A DNA stretch of 64,000 bases from assembly GCA_030264375.1 (NCBI GenBank), contig JASCQW010000061.1, positions 63,014,546 to 63,078,545 of the forward strand. The letters run 5' to 3'. Made by a program: the position numbers and the translations under genes. The notes beneath the pieces are model-generated. The model saw nothing but the letters and a program-made list of their open reading frames with translations, had not been told where the DNA came from and searched no databases. This DNA is from Carcharhinus longimanus. Its lineage: Eukaryota. Shown in pieces: positions 1-12,329 of the stretch (position 1 is its first letter; each line of letters starts with the position of its first letter).

Positions 1-555
1 CTTGCTAATTGTCCTTGGCGTGCTTAATAATACTTTTCATCCATTGATGATTATTCTTTCTCAGACACCCTTTCACCTCTATCCCTTTTGAAAGTAAATT
101 TTATAACTTAATTGTGAAATTTAATTGGCATTATTTCTGAAAATTCTGTTCTGTGTAGTGATATTTAAAACCATCTTTTCTTTATTGTACCTTCGGTCAT
201 ATGTCATTGCCATTAGTGACAGTGCTTTTTAATAACTTTTGTTTTTATAAGAATGCTAAATAGTCAAATCCATAACTCTCAAATGTTGCTTGTGATTGTG
301 TTGTAATTTTCACACCATTTAAAATTCGTAAAACATTGTGTTTAGAAGGTTTCACACAATAATTAAGGGGGCTGGTTAATAAAGCCTGAAAAATTGCATT
401 CCTCATGGGGAAATAGTCCTGCTGAATTGTAGCAATTTAATTATCATGTTAGCAATGCCAAACTGTTGAAGGCTAATGAGGATAGCATAATAAGAAGCAA
501 GAGNNNNNNNNNNCAAGAGGTCAACTGTTTTTGTCCCCCTAATTTTGTTTTGCAG

Positions 556-642
556 GTTGAAGATGAACCTTTTAATCCAGATTATGTAGAAGTAGATCGG
601 ATACTTGATGTTTCCCATAGCACTGATAAAGATAGTGGGGAG
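556..642 (+). CDS. chd7: CHD7 exon 9 equivalent (start of chromodomain 2)
   Basis: tgcag|GTT...GAG|gtaaga; 87 nt; VEDEPFNPDYVEVDRILDVSHSTDKDSGE. Confidence 0.95.
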
Positions 643-2053
643 GTAAGAAATGATGTTGTATGTGTGCTTTCTAAACTGCTTATTTTGTAACAAAATTAAA
701 ATTTGTTACTTCACATATGTCTCTGGCTTTCAGTAGGTAAATAATTTGTGCAGGTTGCTGTCGTCNNNNNNNNNNNNNNNNNNNNNNNNNNNNNNNNNNN
801 NNNNNNNNNNNNNNNNNNNNNNNNNATATTTAAGATAGCATTTAAATATGCATAGCTTGTTCAACACTGGATCCTTCCAACTCCCGGGATCTTCGGACCC
901 TCTGATACAATGCAAACCTAGTGAGAAGCACTACTGGTAGAGGAGACCAGGTGTGATGGCCATGCTGGGGGACTCGGAAGCCATTGAGTTCCCTGGGTAG
1001 TTGGGGACATGATTGGGCAGTGCCCACCTGATGCCCTGGAAATGTCAGGTAATGCCAGTGAGCTGGAGGTGGGGCCTGAGTGGGGGTCGGTCTGAAGGGG
1101 GGTATTGTGAGGGGGATGAGTGGCATGTTGGAAATCCCAAAAGGGGAGAGCATGTCGGAAGCTTCAGGGGTGGGGGAAGCACATCAGGGTACTCTGCATC
1201 TGTAGTATTTTGCTTTTAGTGTACTGTGATATACGTATAACTCTGCTAATCACTATTGTGGCTATTAGGAATCTAACTTTAATTTTTTCTTGTTCAGCGG
1301 TTAACATTAGCTCCATTTGGAAAGAAAAGGTTCTCATTTGGTCATTTCTTTTAAATTTCAATGATATCTAAACAACAGTAAGTTTGTACATTTGATTTCA
1401 TTGTCCTCATTACTAGAAATGGGGAAAAAAATGGACAGGGTTGCTACCGTTGATTATTATCTATCTCCCAAAAGAACTCTCGACCTTTTGAGCTGTGGTT
1501 GACTGTCAATCTTCAGTATCTGCTCATGCGTGAAGAATCAGCACTTAAGGTGCTGGAAGCTTCTGTGAAACACAGATCCTGCCTTCAGGATGACTAGTGG
1601 GAAGAATTAAAGAGAAAATAAATTCTTAAATTTGATGTGGATAAAATTGATATTGGGTACAAATACATAGGAGTTTTTCAGTAAAGGAATGTCAGTGTAA
1701 GACCTTCATGGTGGGTGGAGGGTTAAAAAGAAATTATGTGAAGCTAAAACTTGACAGAAGCTTGAAACCAAAAATAAATTCATATAAAATTGAAAATTGA
1801 AATCACAAATGTATATGATAAAGTCAAGAGTTGCATCGCCATGCGGTTTCTGCACCACACCTGAGAAAGGAACTTCTGAGAATTCTGGTTTGAGAAGATA
1901 ACTTCAATCAAAAATTCATACCAGAACTATGAAATCAATCTCGAAACTTTAAGTTCATTCATTCATTCAAGCCCTATGTATAAATGACTAGGCAGTCATA
2001 TTGAAAAGCACAGAATCCTAAAAATGTGATTCAGTATCTTTTTACATGAAAAT

Positions 2054-2548
2054 GGGCAGACTCTTATCAAAAAATGGCAGACTGTTGGCTCGAATGAGAA
2101 AAGCGGCACATTTCTCTCCAGACAAACATGCCATTTTTTTTCCTCCAGATCTTGCACAAACTGCCACAAAAAAAACACCTGGGTGTGTTTCATGCCATCT
2201 TGGGGGGTGCAGCCATCTCACACCAGCAAAGCCTGGCTGCATTGAGGTCAGGGTGCCCTGATCAGAGCAAACAATGACTTTAACCCAAACTCCCTGCTCA
2301 CCTGATTGGAGTTCGCCCACCAGCACAAATAAAAAATAGTTTCCCCTCTCACATGTGGCTCCCACTGGGGTCCATCCCTGGCACGGGCATGTTAAACAGA
2401 TATAAACCTGATTACGTAACCAACAAGGGGCAGCGAAAATTGGAATTCATGATCTCGCTAGTAAAGTCACAACTTTCGGGGTTTTGCCAAATTTTGAGCT
2501 TCCCCTTCCATTCCCGCAGATGGTGAACATAGGCTCAAGATTGCACCC
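2054..2548. mobile_element. MITE-like non-autonomous DNA transposon
   Basis: GC-richer island with imperfect terminal inverted repeats GGGCAGACTCTT ... AAGATTGCACCC. Confidence 0.5.
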
Positions 2549-2934
2549 AGTAATGGTTAAATTAGTCAGTTGGGTTTGAAACCTGGCTTGGAAATAGGGA
2601 GCAAAAGATGATACTTAGGAAAGGTTTGTGGAGTTGGGGAAGAAAGAGAAAGCTATAAAGTGTTCTACAGTCATTTATTCTGGAACCCCTGTTTACACTA
2701 TGCCAAGTTGTGTCACCAAGTAAAAACCCAGAGGGGATAAGGCAATCTGAACTGTCCAGATCAATTAGCTGGGTGGGCTAAGAAATGGTGAATGAATAAA
2801 AGGCTCAGGCAAAACTTGACTCATTACTTTGAAATTCAGAAAGACAAAGCTATAATCAATCCAACTGATGGAGCATCAAGCTAGAGGTCAGATTGAAAAT
2901 AGTGTGGTTTGCTTTACTATTTGTAGGATAATAT

Positions 2935-3690
2935 ATATTAATGTGCAGAAGGCTATTTGACCCATGGTGTCAGTACTTTTCTTAAACTGTAGTTTTCTTT
3001 TCCAACCCCATTTCTTGTTCTTTCCCCTTTTTCCATTCTTCCATTGTCCTTTTAATTATACAGTCTCTGCCTCTAGCCAACGTGGCAAAGTATAATATTC
3101 AAAGAACTTGTGTTTGGAAAGAAATGTTTCCGACTGCTCTTCCTCTATTACCAACACATGAATCTGTATCTGTTTGGATTTGCTTATCATATGGAACAAT
3201 CTCAAAATGTTGAACAATTTAGATCCCCTANNNNNNNNNNNNNNNNNNNNNNNNNNNNNNNNNNNNNNNNNNNNNNNNNNNNNNNNNNNNNNNNNNNNNN
3301 NNNNNNNNNNNNNNNNNNNNNNNNNNNNNNATAACCTTGCAATGAAAATCTCAAATTTTCCATACCTTTCCTCCATAAATATAACCCTTCATTTGTGCTT
3401 TTATTTTAGTAAATCTTTGCTGTTTGCTTTCACTTGGAGTGATATCTGTCTTGCAATGAGGTGCCCAGAACTGCATGTATTATTCCAAATATAGTTAACT
3501 AACCTTTTGAGTAAATTTGACATCACCTATAACTTTAAAATCCAATGTTTCTGTGTCAATCATAAAATCTCATTTGTCTTTCTCATGGTCTTTCTTACCT
3601 ACAGTCCTGCCTTCAAAGATTGTTTCTGTATCATAGATTTCAGTTCTTCTTTCACTCCATTATCTTTTAGGATGTATTTAGTTTGTCCTG
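2935..3690 (-). mobile_element. Degenerate CR1-clade LINE 3' fragment
   Basis: Decayed RT C-terminal and 3' motifs (gtgcccagaactgcatgtattattccaaat resembles the reverse of LEYxVQFW); gap inside; boundaries approximate. Confidence 0.5.
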
Positions 3691-3829
3691 TTCCTTTACC
3701 AAATTATAGGTGAAATAAGGGTACTTTTGAATTTTCCTGACTAAGTAATGGCATAGAAAGTTTATAACTAAATTCAGGCATTTTTTTTTTGTTGCTATTG
3801 GTCTGTTCCACTTTTGTTAAGATGTGGAT

Positions 3830-5125
3830 CTTTGGTTTCTTGCAGCTTACCATCACCCTTAAGATTAGCATTTTAAACTTAAATAAGGGCAACTTTGTGC
3901 TCGTGAAAGCTGAGTTAACTGAAATGAACTGGGATACTGGACTACTGGATACATCCATAGAGAAGCAGCTGCAGACATTTAAGGAGATATTTCAGAATAA
4001 GTATTTTCTACTATAAAGAAAAATTTGAAAGGTAGGGCCCACAATCTGTGGTTAACCAAAAAAGTCAGGGGAAAGCATCAAACTTAAGGAAATGACACTC
4101 CAATGCACAAAGATGAGCGGCAGGTCAGATGATTGATGAAAATATAAAGAACAGCAGAAAATGACTGAAAGGTTAATCAGGAGGAAGAAATTTAAAGACA
4201 AAGAGCAATGGTTATACAGATAGTTAAACAGGAAAAGAGTTAGTAAAGTATGTGTTGGTCCTCTAGGGGGTGAAAATGAGGAGTTAGTTGAGATTAGTAA
4301 GGAAATGGCAGATGGAATGGACAAAGATTTTGTCTGTCTTCATTTTAGAGGATACAAAAAACATTCCAGGCATAGCTGTAAATCAGGAAGTCTCTTGGGG
4401 CCTCAGCGTTTTAAAATTTACATCAATAACTTAGATAAGGGGAGCAAAGGCATTGTAGCTAAATTTGCAGGTGACACTCATGTCTGTTATGAGGAGAAAA
4501 TGAGTTTGTAGATGGATATAGATGGGTTGAGGCAAAAATCTGACAGACGAAGTATAGTGTGGGAAAATGTTTGTTGGTCCTTTGGAAGCAGAGACTAGAG
4601 AAATTATCATGGGGAATGAGGAAATGGTGGAGCTATTGAATACGCATTGTATGTCTGTTTTCACAGTAGAAGACACAAGTTTGATACCAGCATTAGACTG
4701 TAATATTGGGGTTATAAAGTAAGGAAATTAGGGAATTTAATATTAGCAGAAATAAAATATTGGAAAAATTTGAGGGACTACAATTTGACAAACCCTCAAT
4801 AATTGAGTGTTCTAAAAGAGACAGCTGTAGAGTTAGTGGATGTGCTAGCTATGATTTTCCAAATGTACTTAGATTCAGGAATAATCCTAACTAGATTATA
4901 AATTGGGGAATGCAACACTGCTTTTGGAGGGAGGGAGAAAACTCTGAACTACAGGCAAATTAACCAGTCATGCTGAAATCAGACTTGCATCTTCTACTGT
5001 GAAAACAGACACAAAATATTTGTTCAATACCTCCACAATTCCCTGTGATAATTTCTCCAGTCTCTGTTTCCAAGGAACCAACATTTACTTTAGATACTGT
5101 CTTCGCTGATATACTTGTAAACACT
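3830..5125 (+). mobile_element. Rearranged CR1 ORF2 fragments (4983-5105 inverted)
   Basis: LGPQRFKIYINNLD...VAKFAGDT RT motif; FNKGNF-like segment; the segment 'tctgttttcacagtagaaga' occurs in both orientations. Confidence 0.7.
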
Positions 5126-5692
5126 CATTCATTCTCTACCACCCCCCTTTTTTTAAATCAAGCTTTGAAGCTGTACTTAGCTGATGCCTATAATTATATG
5201 TAAAGGTCATTGGATACTGATCACGAGTGCTATTTTTGGATCATCTCTAACACAAGATACTAATGACAATTGTATCTGTCCTGGCTGAAATCTCCGTTAA
5301 CTCAACATAGACTGTAAATCAAATAAGAAACCTCTTGGTCTATAGCAAATGCAGACATTTCACTCAGCTGGCTAAGAGGGGAATGATAGATAATTTTAAT
5401 ATTTTCCTTATCAACTTTTATACAGGGGAGGAAAATTATCTTTAAGTTCACAACTATGTGCAAAGATGTGGACACTTAAGGGGTTGAATTGAAATAGCCA
5501 CTATTTAAGTGGATATTTAAACGTGCCTAATTGAGCCAAATTGATGCGGTTTGTTCTATGCTTTACAAGAATATTGGCAGTTTGTTCAACTATGGAACGA
5601 TTGATGTACTTGTAGCAGAATTCAATACAACTCCAGCATTCTCATGAATGGGAGTTATTCTCAAGTCCAGGGAGTACTGAAGGCTTTTGGAA

Positions 5693-6045
5693 TTTTTTTA
5701 TAAATGCTTCCATGGAGTATGAACGTCACTGGCAAAGCCAGCATTTCTTGCTCATCCTTTTATTGCCATTGAATTGAGTAGTAAGCTCAGCCATTTAAGA
5801 GTCAACCACAATGCTCCATATCTGGAGTTGTGTGTAGGCCAGACCAGGTAAGGATGACGGATTTTCTTCCATAAAGGACATTGGTGAACGAGGTGGATTT
5901 TTAATGACAATCAGTGATAGTTCCACCATTGTTGAGAGTAGCTTTCAATCCCAGTTTTGTAAATTAATTGTATTTAAGTTCCACCAGCGACCAGGGCAGG
6001 ATTTGAACCTATGTCCCTATAGTATTAACCTGGGCCTCTGGATTT
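5693..6045 (-). mobile_element. tRNA-derived SINE (family A; LINE-derived tail)
   Basis: Reverse complement matches the copy at 52365-52690 (B-box GGTTCAAATCC; core gaaaatccgtcatccttacctggtctggcctaca; A-rich end). Confidence 0.8.
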
Positions 6046-7857
6046 TTAAAATTGACCAAGGGAGGTGGCCTAACGTGCTCCACCTTAAGGAGTCTTAGTT
6101 TTGTCTATTAATGTTGAGATTCAATTTCAGGATTCAATTCATTTATCTACTATAATGTCATGTAGGAGAAGTCCATTGCAACTATACAAAGTTGGCAATC
6201 TGGTTACAAATGTAGCAACATTTCCCCATCATCTCAGCAGTGGATCTGAATCTTTGGATTTTGACTTTTGGGAAATTAATGGATTGGGCTTTTCTTCTTT
6301 TCGGCCTAGGCCATAATTCTGTTTCTGATGGATATAAAGCTGTGGATTTCAAACCTTCCTTTTGTTGTGATCCATAGCAACTATTGTTAAATTTTTAGGA
6401 ACCCCTAAAATTGCCTTCCCCCTCTTCCAACTTGTGAAAGAACATGAATAAGAAAACCATGCTGTTACTGCAGTAATATTTATATCGAGTTGTCAGGCAT
6501 ATAACGCATTTTCTGTTCACAGCGTTTAAGAGAACCCAATTAATGTATCATTATCAAAGCATGTTCAGTTGAATGAACTTTGCGAAAAAATCCCAACAAA
6601 TTACAAACTTCACAACATTAAATTTAACCAATAAATTATTATTGTGATTTGTAATACTAACATTTGAAGCCTTTACCTAAAGGCTTTGTATCCTCCCAAA
6701 AGTTTGGGCTTGATATTTTTGCCCAGAGGTGGAGGTATTATTAATTCAACACAGATCATGCAATCTAAGCATGTAGCATGAATCAGTAGAATTTAAATCA
6801 GCCAAAACATAAAGTACTTTTTACTCTACTGATTGCATATTTTGGTTGAGGGGAATCTGCAGCCTCTCTTTATTTCCCAGACCTAATGGACAGTGAGATG
6901 ATATTGCCTATATAATGAAGCAAACATATATCAATAAAGTGATTGATTTTGTTTCCAAGCATATATTGATATAAACATGGATTTTTTTTTCTGTAAATAC
7001 CATTGATGCATCATAATTACTGAAACGAATGATGGCCTTATAACGAATTACATGGAATGAAACAGCAGATCATCTGATTAGTTTATAAAGAAATACAAAA
7101 AAAATCTAATTTTGAACTGAGAAATCTGGAAAACATACAATATTGAATAATACTTTAAGTTTGGAAGAGACAGAATTGTCTCATGCAATGATTCCTGATG
7201 GAGCAGTGCATTCAATAACAAAACAACCAATGAAATTTGAGGCTTAAACAGGAAGAAAATAAAATTAGTTTTGAGCAAGAGCTGTTTGATCTCCTGTACT
7301 TATTTAGGTATCTCTGAGATGTGTTGATGCGTGCTGCTGTCATACCTTGCATGCTTTAGGACATTTCTCCCATTCAATCAGTAATCTAGTTATGCTAGAG
7401 GTAAAGAGAAAGCTTTTCCATTCATCAATCGTAGCTACAGTTGTGATCTGGTTACCTTGTGCAATTGAATTGTTTGAGATTATCCTGCTTTTTGCTTTGT
7501 GATTAGCTTGAAGCAACAGTGCAATGTAACTTTCAGCACCATTTGCCCATGAAATATACATTTTGAGGATATTCTGTCCCTTCATATCTTCAAAACTGGC
7601 TATGTTGAAGAGTTTAGTGATGGTATTAATTTTTAAAGCACTTGTTTTCAAAAGCAAAATGGATCTTACAGAAGTGTTATAAATGCAGTTTCTTTGAATG
7701 TTTAGAGCTTAAGACAACATACTTGATATATTTGCTGGAAATTTATTCTTGTGTTTAGAAAACCCATTTGCTGACTTGTACTCAAAATATTGAATAAATG
7801 ATGTATATGTAAAGTAGTTGAATAATCCTAAATGGATTTTGTTGTTTTTCGAAATAG

Positions 7858-7995
7858 CCAATAACCCATTATTTGGTGAAGTGGTGTTCCCTTCCGTATG
7901 AAGAAAGCACTTGGGAGTTGAAACCAGACACAGACCAAGTCAAGATTGAAGAATTTCACCAATTACAGTCTATGAAACCAAGAACAGAGCATACG
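7858..7995 (+). CDS. chd7: CHD7 exon 10 equivalent (chromodomain 2)
   Basis: aatag|CCA...ACG|gtaaga; 138 nt; [24 protein letters not shown]...; not in the ORF track. Confidence 0.95.
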
Positions 7996-8299
7996 GTAAG
8001 AGCATAATTCTGTGCTTGAGTTTCAGACTGAGAGAAAGTAAAAAGGGTAGATTGGGATGACTCATGGAGAGTCTGAAAGAAGGCCAACAGTCAAGATAAT
8101 GGGAAATACAACAGACGTTTCCAAGCAATTGAAAGCAAAGTTAATCTCAAAATTGATGGCCACCTGTGTCCGTGGTACCATCCTGCATTTGAGTGAGACA
8201 GTGATTGAAATACTGAAGTACTTTGCATAGTTCTTACAGGTGTAAATTGGATGGATGAATTACTCAATGGATGTGGAAGAATCACTACTGGAGACAAAT

Positions 8300-8900
8300 A
8301 TTTGAAAGGAAACTGTTCTAAAAATAGTTAATAGGATTGGAAGAAGAAAAGTTACAAGGCTTCAATCTCAAGTATCCCATATTGAAGGTTAGGAAAGGAT
8401 AGCAAAACCATTGAAGAATCTTTGGAAATGAGAATTGTGCCAAAGGTTTGAGGATTGTAATATTGTACTTCTCAAAAAGAGGAAAGGGTTTAAATAGGAA
8501 ATTATATGCCAATTAATTTTCATAGTAACTTCATTGCAGCGTTAATGTAAGCCTACTTGTGACCAATAAGACTCATAAATAAACTTTAAAACTTAAGTTT
8601 TAACTTTAAATTAGTCTTGCCTTCATTGTGGGTAAATTTGTATTGAGCTAATCATGGTGTGGATTTGTAAAGGGCAGATTGTGCTTGACTATTCTAATTG
8701 AATTTCTTGAGGAAATTGGAAAGGAAATTAAGCGAATGTTGTATATGAATTTTCAGGATGCATTTGTTGAGATGCCAGGTAAGAGACTAGTGCTAATTAA
8801 ATCGTATGGCGTTGCATTTGTATGACTAAGGAGCAGAATGTAAAAAATAAAGATGAATGCATCTTGTTGGGATTGGTAGAATTTGTACTTGGGCTTGTTT
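8300..8900 (+). mobile_element. Degenerate CR1 ORF2 fragment
   Basis: Decayed KKG..GNYxPISL and CLTxLIEF..DF.KAFD motifs. Confidence 0.6.
8516..8608 (+). mobile_element. 5'-truncated LINE 3' tail (Rex1/Babar-like) nested in CR1
   Basis: catagtaacttcattgcagcgttaatgtaagcctacttgtgac...aataaactttaaaacttaa repeat tail, flanked by a duplicated AATTA that interrupts the CR1 motif. Confidence 0.45.
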
Positions 8901-10324
8901 TTCCATTTGCAGTTGAACCTCTAATTTATGATCTTCCTTCTGAGGTACCTTTTGTCAAACAAGTATGTAAATTTGGCTGCTGAGATTCTCTGTAATAATT
9001 AACCTCAAGGGAAACATTGTCCACTCAATGCAGGCAGCACCCAGATTCTACACACAATTAACAGTCCTGCATAAGAGAGCAGGAGCAGAATGAACGGGTG
9101 AGATTATAAAAACAACTGTGTGCAGCACTGCTGAAAATTCACCTGGGCTACCAGACTTAGTACTGTATTCCATATCATCTACAATTGACATATTTTGTAA
9201 CTGACTTTCTGTCTGAAAGAAATTTCTGGAGCTGCTGCATCCAAGCACAGGTTCAATGTCAAACTGCTTCCATCTGCTGTGCTTCCAGTTGTATTTGTAT
9301 TTATAATTACATGCATTCCATAAGAGTAGCATAGGAACATGATGTTATTTAGAACAACACAGCAATATGATGAATCATGCTGATTCACTCTGGAGTTCAA
9401 GCATAAATCACCTCCACTAGACAAAAGTGTTCTATTGTAGAAGTTCTGAATCAGAAACAAGAACATTTCGTAAAGTTAGTAAATAGCAAAAGAGGACCTA
9501 GCATATTGTTTAAGAAAGCGCAGTAGATTATTTGTGATAGTACCTTGGAAACAACAACCAACTATTAAAAATCCATTTTTTTTGCGATCACACTTTCTTG
9601 GTTGAACAGGTGATCATAAAAGACAACTTTAAATCTGCATTATAGGGGGGGAAAATGCTAGCAGTCAATTCTTAAGAATTGAAGGATAAAGAAATATGGG
9701 ATTTCAGAACACTAAGAAATTCAGTTATAGAATGCCATTAGAAAGAAATCAAAAATGTTTTTTTTAAGAGATACAAATAAAGAAACAAAGTGATGTTGAA
9801 TACGTGCAAAGCTTTGGGTAGGCACATAATGGGATGTACCATGGGATGTGGGTACCCATTTATATTCTAAACTCCTGGGAAGAATATATATTAAAAAAAT
9901 CCCTGGAATGCTGAAGATGAGAGGTTTCTCCATTTGAAATTGGAGCCTTTTTGATTTTAAAAAAAAGGTTAAGCTTTAGAATCTAAATAAATTTTCCACG
10001 CAAGTTATTAATTTGTAAAGGATTAAATGCTGCAGCATACACATTCAAATTTTAAAAAAAGAAAAGAAATTGAGAAATATTTCGTCAAAGTTCAATGCAG
10101 TTGTAGAACGAGTGGCCAGGAAAGCACACAGAAATAGGCAGCATACCTGGATTCAGGAATTAATTGGATGTGTTTTATAGAGCAGATTGAGAAACATTGA
10201 GAAGTTGGGTAGCATTGACTGAGGTAAAAGGGACAATTACTTGAATTAAATACCTTGTCCAATCAATATACATTCTTGTGTTCTTACATACTGAAGCATG
10301 GGTTTTCTCTCAGGTGCTAAGTAT

Positions 10325-10941
10325 TGTGCTGAACCAAGCTAAGCGCACAGACTCGCGATAGTATACTGGTTAAAGATGTATTTATTAACGAACACATGCT
10401 GGGAAGAGGGCAGCTGGACACACCAACTCCTTTCTAAAGTTTACAACATAATGGCGAAATGGTTATACATTTTCAAAAATTCAGTTCTCCTGCCTACTCT
10501 CTCATCCTAACTGGATGTTCCAATCGCATTAGTACACGTTATTTGGCCAATTGCAATCTACCTGTTAGCAGAATTAGGAATTCATTGGTCTAGAGGACCC
10601 AGAAGTTCCCACTGACTGTTGCTAAACAACCTCACTTACGTTAATCCGTAAGGTTCAAAGGTTGCTTTTTCACCATAAGCCAGAGTTGAGAAGGTGGTGT
10701 TCCCACTGTCTCATTGTGCTATGTTTTCAGTAAGAATTGAATATTTTTATCAGTGCATTGTGAATACGTCTCTTCATTTTCTAGAGCATGAGAATTTGAA
10801 CTCTCCATGACTTTTGGACGTGGCTTGTCTAATTTATTCTTCCCATTATGTTTCAGGGATAGTTTGCAATTTTGGCCAAGGTGCACAGTACATTCAAAAA
10901 TACTTGTTTAAATCTAAAATCTATGTTTAATTTCCATAGCA
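10325..10941 (-). mobile_element. Solo LTR (ERV1- or Gypsy-type), 617 bp
   Basis: TG...CA termini with 4-bp TSD GTAT (10321-10324 / 10942-10945). On the - strand: CCAAT boxes (about 10520-10590), TATAA (about 10463-10467), AATAAA (10381-10386), in LTR order. Confidence 0.75.
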
Positions 10942-11123
10942 GTATTTATCTGAGTCTCTATGCAATTAGTACCTTGGTATATAATAAGTATGAGGCACAT
11001 TGCGGTCCTTATTCTAAGTTAATTTTCCCTGTTTAGTAATATATTTAGTTTTTAAAATCCCAGGGTTTTATGAACCTCTCTAATATATATCTATGGTTTT
11101 GTTAATATTGATTTTATCAACAG

Positions 11124-11245
11124 GAACGACCGCATGCAGAATTCTGGACAAAATTGGAACATTCGAGGGATTATAAAAATGGTAATCAACTCAGGGAATA
11201 TCAACTGGAGGGCGTAAATTGGCTACTCTTCAATTGGTACAACAG
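11124..11245 (+). CDS. chd7: CHD7 exon 11 equivalent
   Basis: aacag|GAA...AG|gtaggt; 122 nt; [40 protein letters not shown]. Confidence 0.95.
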
Positions 11246-11514
11246 GTAGGTTAATGTGTTTCCAAAATAGTTTGGAGTAATGGACAATACTCATTTCCTA
11301 GTCATGTGTAAAACCATTTTTATATTGGTTTTATTTAATTACAGATTTTGCAAGGCTGGCACCAGTGAGCCAGTTCCTCAATGCAGCAGCATGTTCACTA
11401 CACAATGAAAGGCTAGTTTTCAGTAGTGCTATCTGAATTTGAATCAAATTCACTAGTTTAAAGCTTATTCACAGATGTTAAATCCAGAATCTGATGCAAT
11501 CAATACCAGATTAG

Positions 11515-11720
11515 AAGCTTAGCAACTTGAATTTGTGTAGCACTTTTAACTGAGAAATGTCCCATGGCCCTTCACAGGAATGCAATTGAACAAAAATTAA
11601 CACTGAGCCAAAGATAGGGACAATTGAAACAAGTCAGTATGTGGGTTTTGAAAGGTTCTGAAAGGAGGCAAGAGAGTTAAAGTAACAGTGGTTTATGGAG
11701 GGGAATAGCATGAGCCTAAA
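11515..11720 (-). mobile_element. L2 LINE 3' end fragment
   Basis: caacttgaatttgtgtagcacttttaac...gtcccatggcccttcacagg; homologous to 46320-46400. Confidence 0.55.
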
Positions 11721-12329
11721 ATATAGTTATAAATATGGCTTCAGTCTTTTTTTAAAAAATATGGTTGTAACGGTATTTTGTAATGGTATTAATGCAATGT
11801 AGAGTGCAGGTGGGTGTTGCCCTTTGCCACCTTCATCTTGAGCATAATGATATGAGACAGGAAAAAGAAGGTGGCTTAATCACCAAAGAATTTAATTGCT
11901 AAAATTATTGACAATTGCTTTTTGGACGATCAGATGCTATCTGAAGTACTTAACATGTTGAAGTTTTTACAAGTCAATTTCAGCTAGTTCTCATCTTTGG
12001 TGTTTTAAAGAACTGAAATGGTAAAACATTTGTCCTATTTAAAATTGCACCTGCAACAAGAAAAAGAGCATAAATTTCTTGGAAGTAAAAATGCAATGCA
12101 ACTTGGATTATATAGTGAAAAAGAATGAGGGATGTCAACAGATTGCTTAGTTTTGTAAGAAGTGTAATATGAGGGATTTTTAGCTTTCCGTTGCTATGTA
12201 GAACAGATTTTGGATCAACTTTTCTCTCTCTCCTGCTTTCTTCCCACCCGTTTTAGAACTAGTTAATTCCCCTTAAGAGGGTGTTTGAAAACTGAAGGCA
12301 AGTATAGATACAGTAAATATACTGCTTTT

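Noticed and set aside
845-1200. GC-rich block with overlapping ORFs
   Set aside because: No recognisable protein or splice context; probably the interior of a non-autonomous transposon next to a gap, with unresolved ends.
7330-7660. Possible conserved non-coding enhancer (also about 9000-9450 and 28600-28900)
   Set aside because: Repeat-free sequence, but conservation cannot be judged without alignments.
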